The notes: generated by a model not told the origin, from the sequence alone. Positions 52,121-63,485 are shown, counted from the first letter of the stretch. The stretch: 64,000 nt of DNA from an uncultured delta proteobacterium (GCA_963745035.1 CAVUVW010000013.1:288001-352000), one strand, 5' to 3'. A program made the numbers and translations.

Positions 52121-54112
52121 CTACGGCTGAGAGGGCGCGCCGGCCGCCTGCTCACCTTGCGTCTTGCGAATCTGCTCGCGCCAGAGTTGCTCGGCGCTGG
52201 GGAGATTTTCGGAGCCCGCGGAAGCGATCCGCGGCGTGATGAAAACCACCAGCTCTTCAAAATCTTTCTGGAACCGCCAGTTTTTGAAGAGCCAGCCGAG
52301 AACCGGAATATCTTTGAGATAAGGTACGCCGCTTTGCGAATTGATGTCGCTGTCTTTGAGAATGCCACCGATGACGATTGTTTCGCCGTCGCGGACTAAA
52401 ACGTTGGCCTCGGCTTCACGGTTGAGCTCGTCGAAGGGTACTACCGAGAGACCGCTCGAGACGGTCGGTGAATTGGCAAGCGAGCTCGATTTGACCTTGA
52501 TGTTCAGCAAAACGAAGCCGTCGCTGGAAACCTGGGGGATCACGGTTAGATTGATGCCGACGGGCACTTTCTCGGTTGCCACGGCTGTCCCTGCGGCAGC
52601 GCCGCTGCCGCTCGCGATATTCGTGGAGCTTGGCAGCACGATGCGGAGGACGCGCTCGCTCTTGATCGTTGAGGGAACGTTGTTCAAGGTGACAACGGAA
52701 GGGCGGGAGATGACTTTAATCTGTCCCTCGTTTTCCGCCGCCGTCAGCACCGCGCGAATGTTGTTGCCGAAATAGCCGAAGCTAAATCCGGAACTCGGGA
52801 TCGGCAGCACCGGGATAGCCGCGGCGGCGCTGCCCGCGAAGGGTGCCCCCGCGAGAAAACGCGAGCTTCCGACCACGCGAGCGTCGTTGAGGATCGCGTC
52901 CAACTCCATGCCCAGCGCGCGAGAGAAGGTCGGCGTGGTTTCCACCAAGTTTGATTCGATTAACACCTGGGGTGTCCGCGAGTCGAGTTTGCCGACCAGG
53001 ATGCTGACGTCTTCGACCGCTTTTTGGATATCGCGGATCATGATGGTGTTGCTGCGGTCGTCGACTACCAGTGCCTTATCCGGCCGTTTGCTCATGAGCG
53101 GCTGAATTTTCGGCTCAAGCTCTTTGGCCCTGGCGTAATTGAGCGTGAAATAGACGGTGTGCATCGGATCCAGCTTCTCTCTGGATTCCTTCGATGCGAT
53201 CAGCTTGTCCCTTTCGCCTTTCAGCGCCTCCGCGGTGGAGATGCGCACCACGTTGCCGATTTGTTCTTTCTCCAAGCCATTGGTGGTAATGATCAAATCC
53301 ATCGCCTGGTCCCAGGGAACCTCTACCAAGCGCAGGGTGACCCTGCGATTCACATCGCTGGTGACCACAATGTTGAAGCCGCTCACTTCGGCGAGCAAAC
53401 GAAAGACGTTCTTGATATCGGCGTCTTTGAAATCTAGGGAAATCTTTTGCCCGGTGTAAGTTTTCTCCACTGACCGATCGTCCGCGCCCGGCTGCGAGCG
53501 GGCGGCGCTCGCAGCGCCCTGGCTCACGTCCACCCGCTGTCCGCCGCGCACCAAAACCACGTGGCGCTTCGCGCTGATGTTGGGATCGGGGCTGCCGACG
53601 ACGATCTTTAACCAGCCGTCCTCCTGGGAAATCACGTAGGGGGGAATGCTGGCCGCGGCGATTTCCGCCACGAGGCGTAGACTGTTCTCGCCAGCGTTCA
53701 AACGCAATACCGAGGCGATGCCGGTGTCGATGCGAAAGATGTCGGCCGGTGCCGCCGCGGCGGTGTCGCCCAGGATATCCAGAACGATTCTCGACGGCTG
53801 CGGCAATGTAAAATGGCGGTACTGAGTCACCGGCTGGGCAAACTTCATCAGCAGGATCGTCTGGCCGCGCTCTTCGCGCACCACCAGTTCCTGCAAACTC
53901 TGGCCGGCTGCGATCGAAGTCTGCGGCTTGGCGCTCCCGGGCGTGGACGCCGGTGCAGCTTGAGAGGGCGAGTGCGTCATCGCGGCCTTGGACGGGCCAT
54001 CACTGGTAGTCCCACAACCGGCCGCTCCGCTCAACGCCGCCAGAAAAATTACGGCGAGGCGCGAGGCGACTTTTGCCGCAGGTATTTTGAGTCGCGATTG
54101 ACGACGATCCAT
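52121..54112 (-). CDS. pilQ: type IV pilus secretin PilQ
   Basis: AMIN-like domain, YTGQKISLDFKDADI, VPWDQA, PQVLIES and GVPYLKDIPVLGWLFK; synteny with pilMNOP. Confidence 0.94.
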   Translation of the reverse strand: MDRRQSRLKIPAAKVASRLAVIFLAALSGAAGCGTTSDGPSKAAMTHSPSQAAPASTPGSAKPQTSIAAGQSLQELVVREERGQTILLMKFAQPVTQYRHFTLPQPSRIVLDILGDTAAAAPADIFRIDTGIASVLRLNAGENSLRLVAEIAAASIPPYVISQEDGWLKIVVGSPDPNISAKRHVVLVRGGQRVDVSQGAASAARSQPGADDRSVEKTYTGQKISLDFKDADIKNVFRLLAEVSGFNIVVTSDVNRRVTLRLVEVPWDQAMDLIITTNGLEKEQIGNVVRISTAEALKGERDKLIASKESREKLDPMHTVYFTLNYARAKELEPKIQPLMSKRPDKALVVDDRSNTIMIRDIQKAVEDVSILVGKLDSRTPQVLIESNLVETTPTFSRALGMELDAILNDARVVGSSRFLAGAPFAGSAAAAIPVLPIPSSGFSFGYFGNNIRAVLTAAENEGQIKVISRPSVVTLNNVPSTIKSERVLRIVLPSSTNIASGSGAAAGTAVATEKVPVGINLTVIPQVSSDGFVLLNIKVKSSSLANSPTVSSGLSVVPFDELNREAEANVLVRDGETIVIGGILKDSDINSQSGVPYLKDIPVLGWLFKNWRFQKDFEELVVFITPRIASAGSENLPSAEQLWREQIRKTQGEQAAGAPSQP

Positions 54113-54135
54113 GTAATTTCCTCGTTCTCTGGTCC

Positions 54136-54768
54136 CTACTCGGTTACGAGCTTCATTCCCACGTCGCGTTTCTTGCGTGCGCCGTAATCGTCGGAGTAGA
54201 TTTCTTCCACGATCACTTCGTTGCGAGAAATCGCCTTTATCTTGCCGTCGTTGCTGCCGATCGGAGTGCCGACCTTGACGACGTAGCCGAGCCCGCCGCT
54301 GTCTTCGACTATCGCCCGCGGATCCCCGATATCCCAGACGATGCCGACGAGCTTGAGTTGGCTGAGCTCGAAGCGCTCCAGCGGCGAGAGGTTTTCACGG
54401 TTGCGCGGCTTGTCGGTCTTGGCCCGAAGGGTCGTCGGCTGAAACGGGTCGCGGCGCGACGGATCCATCTTGAGCGCGGCCGCGGGGGCTTCAGGACTTT
54501 TCGACGGCAGAGTCAGGTCGACGGGATCGGCTTTGGTTTCCGGAGCGGCCTTGCCGCCAAAGGTTTGCCGGATCTTCTCTTTCGCCCCGTCGGTCAAAGC
54601 CTGGAGGGATTTTCCGATCGTCGCCGGCGCTTTGCCGGCCTTGCCGATCGTCTCCTTCATCTGCTCCGACGGCGTGCGAATCGTCTCCTCCGCGGCGACG
54701 GCTGGCGCCGCGAAACGCGCCGCGCAGGAGAACAAAATCAGCAGAAAGAGCTGGCGCCTTCTTCCCAT
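54136..54768 (-). CDS. pilP: type IV pilus assembly protein PilP
   Basis: RRDPF, PLERFELSQLKLVGIVW and GYVVKVGTPIG. Confidence 0.92.
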   Translation of the reverse strand: MGRRRQLFLLILFSCAARFAAPAVAAEETIRTPSEQMKETIGKAGKAPATIGKSLQALTDGAKEKIRQTFGGKAAPETKADPVDLTLPSKSPEAPAAALKMDPSRRDPFQPTTLRAKTDKPRNRENLSPLERFELSQLKLVGIVWDIGDPRAIVEDSGGLGYVVKVGTPIGSNDGKIKAISRNEVIVEEIYSDDYGARKKRDVGMKLVTE

Positions 54769-54769
54769 G

Positions 54770-55393
54770 TTATCGTTTGGCCTTTGCCGCTTTGGCTTTG
54801 TCCTCGGCGACTTTCTTGCGTTCGGCATCGTTGAGAAAACGAAATGCCGTCGCGACGCCGGTTGTTTCCAACATGATACGGTCGCCGTTGACTGTCGGAT
54901 TCTTAAAGCCGATGTTGTTGATGTTCACCAGCCGATCCAATCGTCCTACTTCGTCAAAAAAACTGACGGTGTTGTGGAAATTTCCTTTGACGGTGATATC
55001 GACCGGAACCTCGGCATAAAAATCCTGAAAGGTTTCCGCGCGTGGGCGAAATACCAGGACATCCAGTCCCGCCTGCTGCGCTTTCGCCGAAATATTTTTG
55101 AGCAAGTTAGGAATCTCGCCCTTTTCCGGCAGCTGGGCGAGCGCCCGCTTAAGTTCGGCGTCGAGGTGCTGCAGGTCCTTGCGCAGGCGCCCGAGATCGG
55201 CTGATTTCTGGGTCTTTATCATTTTTTCGTTTTTCGCGATCTCGACGCTATCGACCAACTTTGCCACCTCGTCCGCGCGCGGGCCGTACAGAAAACTATA
55301 ATAAAGCGCCGCGATCAGAACGATCGTTACAATCAGAATGCCGAGCTTCTGTTTGCCTGGCCGCTCGAGGAGATTGTCGAGCAGTTCGTTCAC
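54770..55393 (-). CDS. pilO: type IV pilus assembly protein PilO
   Basis: LPEKGEIPNLL, FYAEVPV and FFDEVGRLDRLVN. Confidence 0.93.
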   Translation of the reverse strand: MNELLDNLLERPGKQKLGILIVTIVLIAALYYSFLYGPRADEVAKLVDSVEIAKNEKMIKTQKSADLGRLRKDLQHLDAELKRALAQLPEKGEIPNLLKNISAKAQQAGLDVLVFRPRAETFQDFYAEVPVDITVKGNFHNTVSFFDEVGRLDRLVNINNIGFKNPTVNGDRIMLETTGVATAFRFLNDAERKKVAEDKAKAAKAKR

Positions 55394-55993
55394 TCTTTTT
55401 TCTCCTCGATTTTTTTTGGCGCTGCGGCCTTGATCGCTTCCGACGGCACGGGCCGATAGATCGCCTGAGCCTTCGCCGTGAACTTCTTGAGCGCGGCGCT
55501 GGAGCCTGTCCCTTGCACGGTTTCCACGAGCCCGACATCGGCAAAATAAGTGGAGGCGGTGAGCGACTGCAGAAAGCTGGCCACGGTTTCATTGTCGGTC
55601 GCCAAGCCATTCATGGTGATACTGCCGCTGCTTTCGCGCAGATCGGTGAGCCAGAGACTGGCGGGCGTCGCCTGAGAAAGGCTCGCCATGACCAGCACGG
55701 GCCCGCTCTTTTTATGGTTCAGTTCGTCGACGATCTTCTGCTTGCCGCGCAGATCTTTGATCTTCATCTGAAGATCGGCCACTTCCTTGACTTTGGCGTT
55801 CAACGCCTGGAGCTCGGCGCGCAGCCCGGCCAACTCCGTTTCCAATCCGGTCGAGCTGGTAATGCTGATACAGATGCGTGCCCGCAAGCAGCAGCATCGC
55901 GGCGCCCAAGACCACCGCACCGATGATGATCTCGCGCCGGCGCGTAACCTCGGCCTTGAGTTCCTTGATCGGCAGAAGATTGATGTGAATCAT
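55390..55993 (-). CDS. pilN: type IV pilus assembly protein PilN (frameshift near 55870)
   Basis: MIHINLLP N-terminus, with LWLT and GLATDNETVASF in the second frame. Confidence 0.9.
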
Positions 55994-57090
55994 CGGTCGC
56001 TTGGCCGCCGGATCGACAGGCCGGCGCCTACCGCGAAGTAGGGTGCGGCCTCGAGCAGATAGTTGCGGTCGATGCTGCGATGGACTTGGAACGCTCGAAA
56101 CGGCTCGCTCAAGCGCGCCGCCACGCCCATGCGCTCTTCGAGCATGGCCCGCAGCCCGGCAAGTTTGGCGCCCCCGCCGCTCAAATAGATCGCCTTTAAA
56201 CCATCGTTATCCTCCGACGGCACGGCGCCGTAGAGGCTCACGGTTCTGCGGATTTCTTCCGCCAGCTCCTCGGAAGTCGGGCGCAGCGTCGCCTCGAAGT
56301 CCAATTCCCGGCGTCCTTCCAACATCCCCGTCGTCTTGAACGCTTCGGCGGTCTCGACCGCGACGCCGAGCTGGCGCGCGACATTGTCCGTGAAATAAGC
56401 TCCGCCGAGGGACAGGTCGCCGGTGAAAATCGCCGTCCCGTCTTGCAACAAAGTGATGCTGGTGTATTGGGCGCCGACGTGAATCAAAGCAATGAGACCC
56501 TTTTCCGCGTCCGCGCCGTAGTTGGTTTCGAACATGTTTTCCAGGGCGAAATAATCGACGTCCATCACGCTCGGGGCAAGGCCGGCTTCTTCGATCACGT
56601 CGGTATAGCTGTTGATGATCTCTTTCTTGACCGCCACTAGGAGGACGTCCATTTTGTTGCCGTCTTGCGATTCGTGCACGACCTGGTAGTCCAGGTTGAC
56701 GTTCTGCAGGCTGTCCGGGATAATGTTTTGCGCCTCAAATTCAATATTCGCTTCCAGCTCGGCCGCTTCCTGCTTGGGCATCTGGATTTTCTTCATGATC
56801 ACCGCGCGACCCGGAACCGCCGAGATTACCTGCTTCGATTTGACGCCGTTTTCCTGGATTAACCGGCGAATCACCTCCACCACCGATCCAGCGCCGACTA
56901 CCATATTGTTTTGAATGGCGTTCTCCGGCAGCGGCAATATTCCCAAGTTGAGGATGCGATAGCCGTTCTTGTCCACGCTAGCTTCAACCATCTTGATGGA
57001 ACTCGAGCCGATATCGAAAGCGACGTAGCCGTCTGTGGTTGACAGAGGATTTAACGATCCAAAGCGCAGGTTTTTTAAAAACGAAAGCAT
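55990..57090 (-). CDS. pilM: type IV pilus assembly protein PilM
   Basis: FDIGSSSIKMVE, VLLVAVKK, DVDYFALEN, LSGGGA and AVGAGL. Confidence 0.94.
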   Translation of the reverse strand: MLSFLKNLRFGSLNPLSTTDGYVAFDIGSSSIKMVEASVDKNGYRILNLGILPLPENAIQNNMVVGAGSVVEVIRRLIQENGVKSKQVISAVPGRAVIMKKIQMPKQEAAELEANIEFEAQNIIPDSLQNVNLDYQVVHESQDGNKMDVLLVAVKKEIINSYTDVIEEAGLAPSVMDVDYFALENMFETNYGADAEKGLIALIHVGAQYTSITLLQDGTAIFTGDLSLGGAYFTDNVARQLGVAVETAEAFKTTGMLEGRRELDFEATLRPTSEELAEEIRRTVSLYGAVPSEDNDGLKAIYLSGGGAKLAGLRAMLEERMGVAARLSEPFRAFQVHRSIDRNYLLEAAPYFAVGAGLSIRRPSDR

Positions 57091-57092
57091 GG

Positions 57093-57293
57093 CTACTGTT
57101 TGAACAGGGTGTGCTTCTGCTCGATGGTCAAGCCCAAGGCAAGAAGAATCTTGCGCTTGGTCGCCAAACGGCAGTCTTTGCCTCTCTCGATTCGGTCCAG
57201 CGTCAAGGGTGAAATGCCCGCCAAACGGGCGAGTTCGGCCTTGCTCAGCATTTTGGCTTCGCGGATTTTTTTAACGTTATTTGCGAGATTCAT
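57093..57293 (-). CDS. small XRE-family helix-turn-helix protein leading the pil operon
   Basis: NNVKKIREAKMLSKAELARLAGISPLTLDRIERG...TKRKILLALG. Confidence 0.88.
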   Translation of the reverse strand: MNLANNVKKIREAKMLSKAELARLAGISPLTLDRIERGKDCRLATKRKILLALGLTIEQKHTLFKQ

Positions 57294-57596
57294 CGCCCGT
57301 CGGAAGCAAAGTGCGCGGGTCCGGATATGGATCACCAGACCTGTCAAGTCAATAAATTAATAATAATTATATGCAATTGTGATTATTGTAGCGCCCAATT
57401 AGCAATCCTTCGGCCACTTTATCCAAGCGTCGAAGCAAATCGACCGATCGCGGTAAATGTTCGTACTACCGCATTTTTTTGCGAGCCCGGGAGAGTCGCG
57501 GAAAAAACTTCAGGACAGCAAAGCGAACAAAATAGTCCAATTGCGGCAAAGCCGTTCAGGTTGCGTTTCGCCGGAGTGATCGTTAGAACTGCGGCG

Positions 57597-59871
57597 ATGA
57601 AGCAGGCGCAAAGGTTGGTTCGGGTGATCGTGCCGGCGCCGCTCAAAGAACCGCTCGTTTACAGTGTTCCAGAAACGCTCGACGCCCACATCGCGCCGGG
57701 CAACCGGGTGCTGATCCCGCTGCAAAGGCGCACGGTCACCGGCATCGTGCTTGATTTCGCGAGCGACAAACCGGCGGTCGATCCAAAGCCGATCATCGAG
57801 CTGCTCGACGATCGACCGATCGTCGATGGCCATCTGCTCAAGCTCGCCCAATGGATTGCGCATTACTATCTGTCGCCCATCGGCGAGGTCTTGGCGACCA
57901 TGCTGCCGCCGAATTCCCGCAGGGAAAGCCGCCAAATGATCCTGTTGAAGCGCGCCGATATGTTTATCGCCGACGCGCTCGGCAGGCGGATCATCGAGGC
58001 GATCGAGCAAGCCGACGGCAGAGTAAGCTTCGCAACTCTGGCGCGGCGCTTCCCGGGCCAATCGATCAATCGCGTGCTGGCGCGCCTGGAACACCTGGGC
58101 ATGATCGAGCTGAGTGAGCACTTGGCCAAACGGAGGCGGCACAAAGAGACGCCGTTGCGGCAAGGCGGAGCGGAACCTGGCACGGCAGAACGTTTTGATC
58201 TGAGCGCAGAACAGGCGAACGCCCTCGCGGCCGTCGTCGCGCGGGTGAACGCCGGCGGCTTTGAGACTTTCCTACTCCACGGAGTGACCGGCAGCGGCAA
58301 GACCGAAGTTTACATCCGCGCCATGGAAGCGGTGCGCGATCGCGGCCGCAAGAGTTTGATCCTGATTCCGGAGATCTCGCTGACGCCGCAGCTCCTGGAT
58401 CAGCTGAACGAGCGCTTTCCGCAGCGGGTTGGCGTGCTCCACAGCGGCCTGACGAGCGCTCAACGCTGGACGCAGTGGCGGCAGATCGCCTGGGGCCAGG
58501 TCGATGTCGCTGTCGGAGCGCGCTCGGCGGTATTCGCGCCGGTTCCGGACTTGGGCCTCATCGTCGTCGACGAAGAGCACGATTCCTCTTACAAGCAGGA
58601 AGAGGGCGTGCGCTATCACGGCCGCGACGTAGCCGTGGTCCGGGGCAAGCAACAGAATTGCCCGGTAATCTTGGGCTCGGCAACGCCTGCGCTGGAGAGC
58701 TACGAAAACTGCCGCCAGGGCCGCTACACGCTTCTGGAAATCAGCCGGCGGGTGGCCGATCGGCCGCTGCCGAAAGTCGAAGCGATCGATCTGCGGCAGC
58801 AGTTTTTCACCGCTTCGTCTGCCGCGCGCGCGGACGACAAGGGGGGCTCCCGCGATGCAGACACGCGGCTGATCGCCGATGACTTTGCCAAGGCGTTACA
58901 AGAAAATGTTCAGGCCGGACGGCAAAGCTTGATCTTTTTGAATCGCCGGGGCTTTGCCAATTTTCTTCAGTGCACCTCGTGCGGCCACGTGTGGCGTTGC
59001 CCGTACTGCAGCGTGACCCTGACACTCCATTTGAAGCAAAATCGACTTTCTTGCCATCATTGTGACTATCGCCGCCCCAAAACGGAGATCTGCCCCGAAT
59101 GCAAGAACCCGACTCTTAGCCCGGTCGGGAGCGGCACCGAACGGGTCGAACAGGCGCTGCGGCGCTTGCTGCCGCAGGCGCGCGTGGCGCGCATGGACCG
59201 CGACACCACCGGCCGGCGCGGCGCTCACGAAGAGATCATTCGCCGCTGGCAAAAGGGCGAGATCGACGTCCTGATCGGTACTCAGATGATCACCAAAGGC
59301 CACGACGTTTCCGGAGTGACTCTGGTGTGCGCCCTGCTCGCCGATCTTTCTTTGAATCTTCCCGACTTTCGCGCCGCCGAGCGGACTTTTCAGTTGCTCA
59401 GCCAAGTCGCGGGAAGGGCGGGAAGGGGCGACGATCCGGGCCGCGTCATCGTCCAGACTTACACGCCCGATCACTATGCCATCCACCATCTACTGGCGCA
59501 CGACTATAAGACCTTCTTTGGCGCCGAGAGCGAATTTCGCCGCGCCCTCGACTTACCCGCCGTTCGGCCGGCTGATCAACCTAAGGCTCGACGGGCCTAA
59601 CGCGGCCAACGTCGAGGCGCAAGCGAAAAAACTCGCCGGCGAGCTGCGCGCGGTTGAAAGCCGCGGCGTCAAAACCGACGCCCAGGTCGAGATTCTCGGG
59701 CCGGCGCCGGCGCCGATCGAAAAGCTTAGAAATCGTTTCCGCTGGCAGCTCCTGCTCCGCAGCAAGCAGAGCGCGCCCTTGTTGAAGTTGGCGCGCCGGG
59801 CGCGGGAGCTCATGCCGCGGGCGCGCAGCGTGCGCCTCCACGTTGATGTCGATCCCTACAGTATGTTATGA
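57597..59871 (+). CDS. priA: primosomal protein N' (frameshift near 59555)
   Basis: GVTGSGKTEVY, DEEH, SATP, CxxC zinc fingers, GTQMITKGHD, QVAGRAGR, YPPF and DVDP. Confidence 0.96.
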
Positions 59872-59884
59872 ATTTTTTTGAAGT

Positions 59885-60427
59885 ATGGCGATTTTGGAAA
59901 TACTTAAATATCCCGATCCGATCCTCAGCAAGGTCGCCGCGCCGGTGAAAAATTTTAACGGCAAGACCGCCTCCTTGGTCGATGACATGCTCGAAACCAT
60001 GTATGCGGCGCCGGGCGTCGGCTTGGCCGCGCCGCAGGTGGGCGTTTCCGAGCGCATCCTCGTTTTGGACATCGATCATGAGAACCCCGGCAAGCAAGTC
60101 TACAAGCTCATCAATCCGACGGTGATCCGCGCCGAGGGCGAGGTCGTCTGGGAAGAAGGCTGTCTCAGCGTGGTCGATTACACCGCCGAAGTGCGCCGCG
60201 CCGCGCAAGTCGAGATTGCCGCTTTCGATGACAAAGAAAAGCCGGTTAAGATCGAAGCCGAGGGACTGCTGGCCGTGGCGCTGCAGCATGAAATCGATCA
60301 TCTGGACGGCAAGCTTTTTATCGATCGCATCAGCCGCCTGAAGCGCGACTTGTACACCCGCCGGCGAAAGAAAATGCTTCGGAGCGGCGTCGAGCCGCCT
60401 AATGAAAGTCCCCGAGTCATGATCTGA
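59885..60427 (+). CDS. def: peptide deformylase
   Basis: GVGLAAPQVG, EGCLS and QHEIDHLDG. Confidence 0.97.
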   Translation: MAILEILKYPDPILSKVAAPVKNFNGKTASLVDDMLETMYAAPGVGLAAPQVGVSERILVLDIDHENPGKQVYKLINPTVIRAEGEVVWEEGCLSVVDYTAEVRRAAQVEIAAFDDKEKPVKIEAEGLLAVALQHEIDHLDGKLFIDRISRLKRDLYTRRRKKMLRSGVEPPNESPRVMI

Positions 60428-60481
60428 GCGCATTTCAGATCCGCCGGCTGCGCCGCCCGCTGTTAATTTGCCATCAATCCG

Positions 60482-61427
60482 ATGTCCGCGACTTGGCCGA
60501 TCGTTTTCATGGGAACGCCCCAGATCGCGGCCGATACCCTCGACTATTTGCTGGCGCACCAAACCGACCCGGTGGCCGGCGTCGTCACCCAACCCGATCG
60601 CCCCTCCGGCCGAGGCCAGACGACCGGCGCCTTCGCCGGTGCGCAAGCTTGCCGAAGCGCGCGGAATTCCGGTGGTCGCGCCGGAAAAAATCAGAACGGC
60701 GGAATTTTTAGAAACGCTGCGTGCCTGGCGCCCCGAAATTATCGTCGTGGTCGCCTACGGCCGCATCCTGCCGAAGACAATTCTCGAGCTGGCGCCGCAT
60801 GGCTGCATCAACGTCCATTATTCGCTTCTGCCCAAGTATCGCGGCGCCGCGCCGGCGGCGTGGACGATCATCAACGGCGACAAGGAAGGCGGCGTGACGA
60901 CCATGAAGCTCGTCGAAAAGATGGATGCCGGCGCGATTTATCTGCAGGAAGCGTTCGCGCTCGCGTCCGACGAAACCACCGGCTCGCTGCAATCGAGGCT
61001 CACGCCCATCGGCGCCCGCCTGTTGGTGGAGACGCTGCGCGGGCTGAAAGCAGGGACGCTGGCGGCGCGCGAGCAAGACGAGCGCCTGGCGACTCCGGCG
61101 CCGATGCTGAAAAAGGAAGACGGGCTCATCGACTGGACCAAATCGGCGGCGGAGATCGAGCGGCGCGTGCGCGGTTTTGATCCCTGGCCCGGCAGTTTTA
61201 CCCGCGCTGCCGGCAAGCTGCTCAAGATCCACCGCGCCGGCATTGTATCGGCTCAATCGAGCGGCAAACCGGGCGAAGTCGTGCGCGCGGAGGCCGGCGG
61301 TTTCTGGGTCGCGACATCCTCGGGTATCCTCGGCCTCGACGAAGTCCAGTTGGAAAACAAAAAACGGCTCGCCGGAACAGAATTTATCAAAGGCGCGAGG
61401 ATCAAAGCCGGTGACCGCCTCGGATGA
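60482..61427 (+). CDS. fmt: methionyl-tRNA formyltransferase (frameshift near 60625)
   Basis: IVFMGTP, VTQPDRPSGRG, NVHYSLLPKYRGAAP and MDAG. Confidence 0.95.
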
Positions 61428-62775
61428 AACCGCGAGGAAATCGGCGCGCCGTCTCGCGGGCGAAATTCTCCTCAAAGTCGACAATCGAAAAGCCTACGCC
61501 GACGTTCTGCTCGATCAAGCGTTGAGAAGCGCCGAGCTCAGTCCATCGGATCGCGCTTTGCTCACCGAGCTCACCTACGGCACCTTGCGTTGGCGCGGCG
61601 CGATCGATGCCCGGCTCAGCAGACACTTGCGCCGGCCGCTGGCCGAGACCGAACCGCGCATCAGAAACCTGCTCCGTCTCACGTGCTACCAACTCGTGTA
61701 CCTTGACCGGATTCCGCCCTATGCCGCAGTCAATGAAGCCGTCGAATCGGCCAAGAGCTACGGCGGCCGCAAAGCCGCGGGATTCGTCAACGGCGTACTT
61801 CGCAGTTTCTTGAGAGAAGAGCAGATTGGCGGTGCGATTTCCGGTGCCGATTCCGTCGCCGCCCTGGCATTTCAGCATTCGCACCCGGAATGGCTGGTAC
61901 GGCGCTGGCTCGGGGAATTCGGCGCGAAAGAATCCGCGGCGCTGATGCGCGCCAATAATGAAAGGGCACCGCTCGCCTTACGGGTAAACTCTCTTAAGTG
62001 CGGCAGAGACCAATTGTTGCATCGCCTCTCAGAAAACGGCATCGAAGCAAAGACGGCGCCCCTTTCGCCCCACGGCGTCTTGCTTCCTCCGGCCGGCGCA
62101 GTGGAAAATCTTCCGGGCTTTGCCGCAGGGCTCTTTCAAGTCCAAGGCGAGGCCTCGCAGCTCGTTGTCCAACTGCTTGCGCCCCGCCCCGGCGAGCGCA
62201 TTCTGGATGCCTGCGCCGCGCCCGGCGGCAAGAGCACCTACATCGCCGAGCTCCAGCGCGATCAAGGCGCAATCATCGCCGTCGATTTATCCGCGCGCGG
62301 TATCGATAGAATCCGGGAAAATGCCGGCCGCTTGGGATTGCAATCGATCCAAGCCGTCCATGCCGATGCAAGCGCGGCCGGCGATTTCGGCAACGCCTCC
62401 TATGATCGCATTCTCGTCGACGCGCCCTGCAGCGGTCTGGGTACGCTGCGCGGCCATCCGGAAATCAAGTGGCACCGCGACGAGCGGGACATTCGGCGCC
62501 TGAGCGCCTTGCAGCGAAAGATCCTCGACCGGGTCGCCGGATATCTCAAGCCGGACGGCGTTCTCGTGTACTCGACCTGCACGTTGACCACCGACGAGAA
62601 CGAACGGAACGTGGAGGCGTTTCTCGCGGCGCGCCGCGAATTTGAGTTGCAGGAGGCCGCAGGTTATCTTCCTTCACAGGCGCGGCACATGACGCGCGGC
62701 AAGTATTTCCAAGCGTTGCCGCAGCGGGACAACACCGACGGCTTTTTCGCCGCGCGCCTGAGAAAGGTTTCTTAG
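61411..62775 (+). CDS. rsmB: 16S rRNA m5C967 methyltransferase
   Basis: NusB-like N-domain (YGTLRW, FVNGVLR), DACAAPGGK, DAPCSG and YSTCT. Start approximate. Confidence 0.93.
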   Translation: MTASDETARKSARRLAGEILLKVDNRKAYADVLLDQALRSAELSPSDRALLTELTYGTLRWRGAIDARLSRHLRRPLAETEPRIRNLLRLTCYQLVYLDRIPPYAAVNEAVESAKSYGGRKAAGFVNGVLRSFLREEQIGGAISGADSVAALAFQHSHPEWLVRRWLGEFGAKESAALMRANNERAPLALRVNSLKCGRDQLLHRLSENGIEAKTAPLSPHGVLLPPAGAVENLPGFAAGLFQVQGEASQLVVQLLAPRPGERILDACAAPGGKSTYIAELQRDQGAIIAVDLSARGIDRIRENAGRLGLQSIQAVHADASAAGDFGNASYDRILVDAPCSGLGTLRGHPEIKWHRDERDIRRLSALQRKILDRVAGYLKPDGVLVYSTCTLTTDENERNVEAFLAARREFELQEAAGYLPSQARHMTRGKYFQALPQRDNTDGFFAARLRKVS

Positions 62776-63444
62776 ATGCAGCCCATCAAAATCGCTCCGT
62801 CGATCCTCTCCGCCGACTTCAGCCGACTCAAAGACGAGATTCAAGCCGTCGAAGCCGGCGGAGCGGACTGGCTCCACGTCGATGTCATGGACGGCCATTT
62901 CGTGCCGAACATCACCATCGGGCCGGTGGTCGTGGAATGGGTGCGCAAAGTGACGACCATCCCCGTCGACGTGCACCTGATGATCACCGATCCCGATAAA
63001 TACGCACCGGAGTTCATCAAGGCGGGCGCAGACTGGATTTCCGTACATCCGGATACCTGCCGGCCCAACCCGCGCGCGACCTTGAACAAGATCCGCGAGC
63101 TCGGCGCCAAGCCGTCCCTCGCCGTGAATCCGGATGTGCCGTTAACCAGCGTCGAAGATTACCTGACCGATATCGAGATGCTCTTGATGATGACGGTCTT
63201 CCCGGGCTTCGGCGGGCAGGCTTTTATCCCGGATGTTCTACCCAAGATCGAAGAAGCGCGCCGGCTGATCGATCGGAACAAATTATCGATCCTCATCGAG
63301 GTCGACGGCGGCATCAAGGTCGATAATATCGACCATGTCGTGGACGCCGGCGGCGAGGTCATCGTGTCGGGCTCCGGCATCTTCAAAACACCGAACTATG
63401 CAGACACCATCCGCCAGATGCGCCAAGCCGTTGGGCAACTCTAA
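62776..63444 (+). CDS. rpe: ribulose-phosphate 3-epimerase
   Basis: APSILSADF, HVDVMDGHFVPN, PGFGGQ and EVDGG. Confidence 0.97.
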   Translation: MQPIKIAPSILSADFSRLKDEIQAVEAGGADWLHVDVMDGHFVPNITIGPVVVEWVRKVTTIPVDVHLMITDPDKYAPEFIKAGADWISVHPDTCRPNPRATLNKIRELGAKPSLAVNPDVPLTSVEDYLTDIEMLLMMTVFPGFGGQAFIPDVLPKIEEARRLIDRNKLSILIEVDGGIKVDNIDHVVDAGGEVIVSGSGIFKTPNYADTIRQMRQAVGQL

Positions 63445-63485
63445 AAAGGTTCTACGAACACAGCAGCAGTAGAAGAGTTCGAAGC

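Noticed and set aside
55390-61427. Programmed frameshifting or pseudogenes in pilN, priA and fmt
   Set aside because: No slippery-site pattern seen. These are conserved or essential genes, and the indels fit sequencing error.
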